From Eledone cirrhosa (lineage: Eukaryota), in contig OZ024765.1 in the NCBI GenBank assembly GCA_964016885.1, forward strand, positions 17,980,001 to 18,044,000: a stretch of DNA of 64,000 nucleotides, read 5' to 3'. A program made the position numbers and the translations under genes. Each line of letters opens with the position of its first letter. Positions within the stretch are counted from its first letter, which is position 1. This document shows, in pieces, positions 56,448 to 64,000 of the stretch. Below the pieces are notes generated by a model, which worked only from the letters and a program-made list of their open reading frames with translations, did no database searches and was not told the DNA's origin.

Positions 56448-57648
56448 CTCGGGTGCTGGCTGGTGTGTTTGTTGCTAGACGTGGTAGGCTAGCCCGGGTG
56501 GTGGTGGTGGTGGTGCTGTTTGTTGTCTAGACGGGGTAGACTAGCCCGGGTGGTGGTGGTGTTTGTTGGCTAGGCGGGGAAGGCTAGCTCGGGTGGTGGG
56601 GGTGTTTGTTGTCTAGACGGGGTAGACTAGCCCGGGTGGTGGTGGTGTTTGTTGGCTAGGCGGGGAAGGCTAGCTCGGGTGGTGGGGGTGTTTGTTGTCT
56701 AGACGGGGTAGACTAGCCCGGGTGGTGGTGGTGTTTGTTGGCTAGGCGGGGAAGGCTAGCTCGGGTGGTGGGGGTGTTTGTTGTCTAGACGGGGTAGACT
56801 AGCCCGGGTGGTTGTGGTGTTTGTCTGCTAGACGGTGTAGGCTATCTCGGGTGGTGGTGGTGGTGTTTGTTGGCTAGGTGGGGCAGGCTAGCTCGGGTGG
56901 TGGTGGTGGTGTTTGTCGGCTAGACGGGGTAGGCTAGCCCGGGTTGTGGTGGTGTTTGTTGGCTAGAGGGGGTAGGCTTGCCCGGGTTGTGGTGGTGTTT
57001 GTTGGCTAGGTGGGGCAGGCTAGCTCGGGTGGTGGTGGTGGTGTTTGTCGGCTAGACGAGGTAGGCTGTCCCGGGTTGTGGTGGTGTTTGTCGGCTAGTG
57101 GGGGTAGGCTAGCCCGGGTTGTTGTGGTGTTTGTCGGCTAGGTGGGGCAGGCTAGCTCGGGTGGTGGTGGTGGTGTTTGTCGGCTAGACGGGGTAGGCTA
57201 GCCCGGGTTGTGGTGGTGTTTGTTGGCTAGAGGGGGTAGGCTTGCCCGGGTTGTGGTGGTGTTTGTTGGCTAGGTGGGGCAGGCTAGCTCGGGTGGTGGT
57301 GGTGGTGTTTGTCGGCTAGACGACGTAGGCTGTCCCGGGTTGTGGTGGTGTTTGTCGGCTAGAGGGGGTAGGCTAGCCCGGGTTGTGGTGGTGTTTGTCG
57401 GCTAGGTGGGGCAGGCTAGCTCGGGTGGTGGTGGTGGTGTTTGTCGGCTAGACGGGGTAGGCTAGCTCGGGTTGTGGTGGTGTTTGTCGGCTAGGTGGGG
57501 TAGGCTAGCTCGGGTGGTGGTGGTGTTGGTGTTTGTCGGCTAGACGGGGTAGGCTGTCCCGGGTTGTGGTGGTGTTTGTCGGCTAGAGGGGGTAGGCTAG
57601 CCCGGGTTGTGGTGGTGTTTGTCGGCTAGACGGGGTAGGCTAGCCCGG
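56447..57648. repeat. 43-46-bp G-rich minisatellite
   Basis: Unit gctagcccgggttgtggtggtgtttgtcggctagacggggtag. Confidence 0.93.
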
Positions 57649-58031
57649 ATGGTTGCTGATGGTTTTGTCGGTTAACCTTGGTATGCAGACGCGGATGGTG
57701 TGTTGGTTAGCTAGCTCGGATCGTGGCTGCTGCCTTGCGTACGTCTGTATGTCTGTGTATGTGTGCGTGTACGTGTTTGTGTGTGTGTGTGTACGTGTTT
57801 GTGTGTTTGTCTGTGTGTATGTGTGTGTGTACATGTTTGTGTGTGTGTGTGAGTATATGTGTTGGTTTGTTGTCTAGTTTAAAGCTAAGCTATTAACGGG
57901 GTGGAAAAGGTCAGACTTGCGAAAATATACGCATCTACTCGTTTAAACACGCACGCACGCATACACTACACACACGCGCAGACTCTCGTCTACAAACAGT
58001 CATATATAATGTATATACATACATGTATTAA

Positions 58032-58098
<67 letters not shown>

Positions 58099-58129
58099 AT
58101 ATATGTATATATAAGTGTGTATATATGTT

Positions 58130-58216
<87 letters not shown>

Positions 58217-58258
58217 GTATATATATATATATCCATGTAGATATATCTATATATGTAT

Positions 58259-58360
<102 letters not shown>

Positions 58361-58734
58361 GCACACATATATATATATATATGCATGCATATGTGTCTAT
58401 ATCTATACACACTACACACATATACACACACATATCATAACGTAAGCTTTTATTATTATATATTAATATACAGGTCGATTTCATTTCTTTAATGCTATAA
58501 GAGGGTAATTATTGATGTTTTGTAAAATCGCAAAAAATCGCTCTATAAATCTGTGTATCTTCATATAATTCAATTACTAAAACCTACTACGGCCGTCACA
58601 CACAATCGTGTATGATTTGGTAGGAGCTACAATGGTCCCACTAAGCCTTTGAAGGCATTGAGTTGTTCATGTAATTGTGTGCACGGTCAAACAAATGTTC
58701 TGTTCATGATAGGACAACCCCCCCCCCCCCCGCC

Positions 58735-61060
58735 CCCTATCGTTAAAACACTCGGGTTACCCTTCTATGTTATGTAATATTGTGGAACACCCGCTAAACC
58801 TGTGTAGTTGTGAGCTGTAACAGCACTAACAGCTGCAACAAAAATATAGGGTTGGCGCCCGTATCATTAAAACACCTGAGCGGTCCTTCTGTGAGATTGC
58901 ATTATCGTAGCAGACCCGCTAAAACTACATAGCTCTGAGCTGTAGCAACAACAAGACGATAGGGCTGGGGCCCGTATCATTAAAACACCTGAGCGGTCCT
59001 TCTGTGAGATTACATTATCGTAGCAGACCCGCTAAAACTGCATAGCTATGAGCTGTAGCAACAAGAACAACCCGATAGGGCTGGGGCCCCTATCATTAAA
59101 ACACACGAGATATCCTTCTGTGAGATTGCATTATCGTAGCAGACCCGCTAAAACTGCATAGCTATGAGCTGTAGCAACCAGAACAATACGATAGGGCTGG
59201 GGCCCCTATCATTAAAACACCCGAGATATCCTTCTGTGAGATTGCATTATCGTAGCAGACCTGCTAAAACTACATAGCTATGAGCTGTAGCAACCAGAAC
59301 AACACGATAGGGCTGGGGCCCCTATCATTAAAACACACGAGATATCCTTCTGTGACATTGCATTATCGTAGCAGACCCGCTAAAACTGCATAGCTATGAG
59401 CTGTAGCAACCAGAACAACACGATAGGGCTGGGGCCCCTATCATTAAAACACACGAGATATCCTTCTGTGACATTTCATTATCGTAGCAGACCCGCTAAA
59501 ACTGCATAGCTATGAGCTGTAGCAACCAGAACAACACGATAGGGCTGGGGCCCCTATCATTAAAACACACGAGATATCCTTCTGTGACATTGCATTATCG
59601 TAGCAGACCCGCTAAAACTGCATAGCTATGAGCTGTAGCAACAATCCGATAGGGCTGGGGCCCCTATCATTAAAACACCCGAGATATTCTTCTGTGAGAT
59701 TGCATTATCGTAGCAGACCCGCTAAAACTGCATAGCTATGAGCTGTAGCAACAATCCGATAGGGCTGGGGCCCCTATCATTAAAACACCCGAGATATTCT
59801 TCTGTGAGATTGCATTATCGTAGCAGACCCGCTAAAACTGCATAGCTATGAGCTGTAGCAACAACAAGATGATAGGGCTGGGGCCCCTATCATTAAAACA
59901 CCCAAGATATTCTTCTGTGAGATTGCATTATCGTAGCAGACCCGCTAAAACTGCATAGCTATGAGCTGTAGCAACAACAAGATGATAGGGCTGGGGCCCC
60001 TATCATTAAAACACCCAAGATATTCTTCTGTGAGATTGCATTATCGTAGCAGACCCGCTAAAACTGCATAGCTATGAGCTGTAGCAACAACAAGATGATA
60101 GGGCTGGGGCCCCTATCATTAACACACCCAAGATATCCTTCTGTGAGATTGCATTATCGTAGCAGACCTGCTAAAACTGCATAGCTATGAGCTGTAGCAA
60201 CCAGAACAATACGATAGGGCTGGGGCCCCTATCATTAAAACACCCGAGATATCATTCTGTGAGATTGCATTATTGTAGCAGACCCGCTAAAACTGCATAG
60301 CTATGAGATGTAGCAACCAGAACAACACAATAGGGCTGGGGCCCCTATCATTAAAACACCCGAGTTACTTTTCCCTTATATGCAATATCACAGCAGACCC
60401 TCTAAACCTAAAAAGGTGTGAGCTGTTACAACAACAACAACATGATATGACTAGGAGTTTTAGCCCTTAAAACACCCGAGATATCCTTCTGTGAGATGCA
60501 ATTACGGAGGAGGCCCTCTAAACCTACAAATTAGTGGACAGTAACAACAACAACAACAAAAACATCAACAATTAGGGTTGGAGCCCCTATCTTTAAAACA
60601 TCCGATTTATCCCTCTGTGGGATGAATATCGTAGGAGGCCCGCTAAACCTGCAAAATCGTGAGCAACAACACCAACAACAACAAAGTAAGGATGAGGCCC
60701 CTATAATTTAAACACCCGAGACATACTTCCAACGGATGCAATATCGTAGCAGACCTTCTACACCTACAGAGTTGTGAGCTATAACAAGTTAGGAATAGGG
60801 TCCCCATCACTAAGACATTTCTGTTATCCAACAACCGCAACAACAACATAATAGGCCTGGAGGTTTTGTAATCCTTAAAACATCCGAGTTGTCTCTCTAT
60901 AAGAAGTTACCATGGCGAAGATCCGCTAAACCTACAACGATATGAGCTGTAACAACGACAACATGATAGAACTGGCGCCCATATCATTAAAAAACCCCGA
61001 GAAGCGCTCTATGAAATACAGTCACGTGAGAGACCCGCTAAATTTGCATAGATTTGAATG
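58735..61060. repeat. 110-116-bp satellite, homogeneous centre and diverged edges
   Basis: gatagggctggggcccctatc at 59074, 59190, 59306. Decayed units continue to about 61425. Confidence 0.92.
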
Positions 61061-61086
61061 TCCGTCTGAAGAATAGTATTTTCATA

Positions 61087-61266
61087 GTGGATTGGCAGTA
61101 TCGGGAGAGGGTCGGACGCCATGCTTTCAAGCATAGTTACGCCCCTTTACGATCTGAGTTCAAATCCCGTCGAGGTTGACTTTGCCTTTCATCCTTACGG
61201 GGTCGATAAAATAAAGTACCAGTAATACACTGGGTAATTGCTGGCCTTGTGCCTAAAGTAGAAACA
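61087..61266 (+). mobile_element. Main-family SINE with 12-bp TSD
   Basis: agtattttcata at 61075-61086 and 61267-61278. Confidence 0.92.
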
Positions 61267-61732
61267 AGTATTTTCATAATAAGGTTGGAGCCGCTGACTT
61301 AAAACACCAGAGAAACCTTCTATGAAATGCAATCTCATAGCTGACTTTCTAAAGCTATGATCGCCGGTTCAGGGGGGACTCTTTTGATACTGGGACTTAA
61401 GCCTCTATCGTTAAAACACCCGAAACGTTGAAAGGGAAAGTGCATGTCTACGTAATTTGAACTTATAGAGCAAAGAGTCGGAACAAATAACAAGTATGAC
61501 AATTGATTGTTAAATATGTGTATTATCAAATTTTAGCGCAGGTCAGGTTGACATTCAGCAAGATACGGGAAAGAAGCAGAATTCAAAGGAAATTTCACAT
61601 AATAAATGTTTATAATTTTGGCACAAGGCCAGCAAGTACCCCAGTGTATTACCGGTACTTTATTTTATCGACCCCGTAAGGATGAAAAGCAAAGATAACA
61701 TCGGCGATTACATAATAATAAGAACAAAAACA

Positions 61733-62237
61733 TTAGTAGTAGTAGCAGTAGTAGCAGCAGTAGTAGAGTAGTAATAGTAGCAGCACTAGTAGTAATAGTA
61801 GCAGTAGCAGCACTAGTAGTAGTAGTAGCAGCAGTAGTAGAGTAGTAGTAGTAGGTAGCAGTAGTAGCAGTAGTAGTAGTAGTAGCAGTAGTAGTAGTAG
61901 CAGAACTAGTAGTAGTAGTAGCAGCAGTAGCAGTAGCGGTAGTAGCAGCAGTAGCAGTAATGGTAGCAGTAGTAGTAGTAGTAGCAGCAGTAGTAGCAGT
62001 AGTAGTAGTAGTAGCAGTAATAGTAGTAGCAGAACTAGTAGTAGCAGGAGCAGTAGTAGCAGTAGCGGTAGTAGCAGCAGTAGTAGTAATAGTAGCAGTA
62101 GTAGTAGTGGAAGTAGTAGTAGTAGTACTAGTAATAGTAGCAGTAGTAGTAGTAGTACTACTACTAGTAGTAGTAGCAGTAATAGTAGCAGCAGTAGTAG
62201 TAGCAGCAGTAGTAGTAGTAGTAGCAGCAGTAGTAGT

Positions 62238-62271
<34 letters not shown>

Positions 62272-62293
62272 ATAGTAGCAGTAGTAGTAGTAG
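61733..62293. repeat. (TAG/CAG)n compound repeat
   Basis: Directly visible. Confidence 0.95.
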
Positions 62294-62406
62294 CTCTAAT
62301 AATATTGGAAAATCGACCAGTAATATAATTTCGTAGTGGAGGCCATTGAAATATCCATAAATTGGTTGACTTCGGATTTCAATTCGTAAATTGCTGCTGC
62401 TGCTGC

Positions 62407-62439
<33 letters not shown>

Positions 62440-62579
62440 CGTTGTTGTCGTTGTCGTTGTTGTTGTTGTTGTTTCTGCTGTTGTTGTTCTTGGACATATA
62501 TATGGACATATATATAAATATATATGTATATGTATATATATGTGTATATAAATATATATATATATATATATGTGTGTGC

Positions 62580-62615
<36 letters not shown>

Positions 62616-62664
62616 ATACAGATATGTATATAAATATACATACGTATATATATATATACGAATA

Positions 62665-62696
<32 letters not shown>

Positions 62697-62838
62697 CGTA
62701 TATATATATATATATATATACGTATATATATATATACGTATATCTGTGTATATATATACGTATATATGTGTATATATATATATGTATATAGATATATGTT
62801 TATATATATATATATATATGTATATATGCATATATATA

Positions 62839-62909
<71 letters not shown>

Positions 62910-62910
62910 T

Positions 62911-63009
<99 letters not shown>

Positions 63010-63082
63010 TTATATATATATTTATATATATATATATATATATTTATTTATATATATATATAAATATATATATTTATATATA

Positions 63083-63177
<95 letters not shown>

Positions 63178-63378
63178 TTATATATGTATCTGTATATATA
63201 TATATATATATGTGTGTGTGGTTTTCGCTGAAATATTTGGCTTAATTTTCTTTCAAATTTCCGTGAATAAACTCTTAATTTAATTTCGAATTTCAACGAA
63301 TAAGATAATTTATAACTGAAACATACGTAAACACATTTACAAATAAACACTCACACACACATATACATATATATATAC

Positions 63379-63481
<103 letters not shown>

Positions 63482-63535
63482 TAAATGAAAGTAAGATTCA
63501 CACTGAAACCAGGTTCTATGTATAACCTTATATAA

Positions 63536-63609
<74 letters not shown>

Positions 63610-63663
63610 TGTATATGCAGAATAGTGTTGAAGTAGCTCTACGTACTCCGGAGTATAATTATA

Positions 63664-63782
<119 letters not shown>

Positions 63783-63787
63783 TTATG

Positions 63788-63824
<37 letters not shown>

Positions 63825-64000
63825 CTCTCTCTCTATATATATATATATAAATAAATATATATATATATATATATATTTCTATGCATTTGTGAGTGCATGC
63901 GTATGGAAAGAGAAAGAGAAAGAGATACGGAGGTGGTGGTGGTGTGTGAGGTGGCGGCGAGAGAGCTGGTGGCGTGTGAAGTGGCGTCGAGAGCGGTGGT

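Overview
Eukaryotic, repeat-saturated window with no intact protein-coding gene that I can support. Almost all ORFs in the track are translations of (TA)n, (CA)n or trinucleotide microsatellites or of satellites. The SINE family and the microsatellite load resemble a coleoid cephalopod (octopus-like) genome; this is inference from recalled repeat sequences. Contents: many tRNA-derived SINEs, 3' fragments of RTE, CR1-like and R4/Dong-like LINEs, short bipartite RTE derivatives, one non-autonomous Helitron and several satellites, three of them built from SINE heads or LINE coding sequence. The main signal is a dense set of short fold-back elements between (TA)n tracts. Several unrelated families each carry a minimal type I hammerhead ribozyme (CUGANGA...GAAA-stem III-NUH), usually with a palindromic loop III. 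One element retains a GIY-YIG C-terminus, which points to Penelope-like retroelements. All folds, unit lengths and copy numbers were read by eye.
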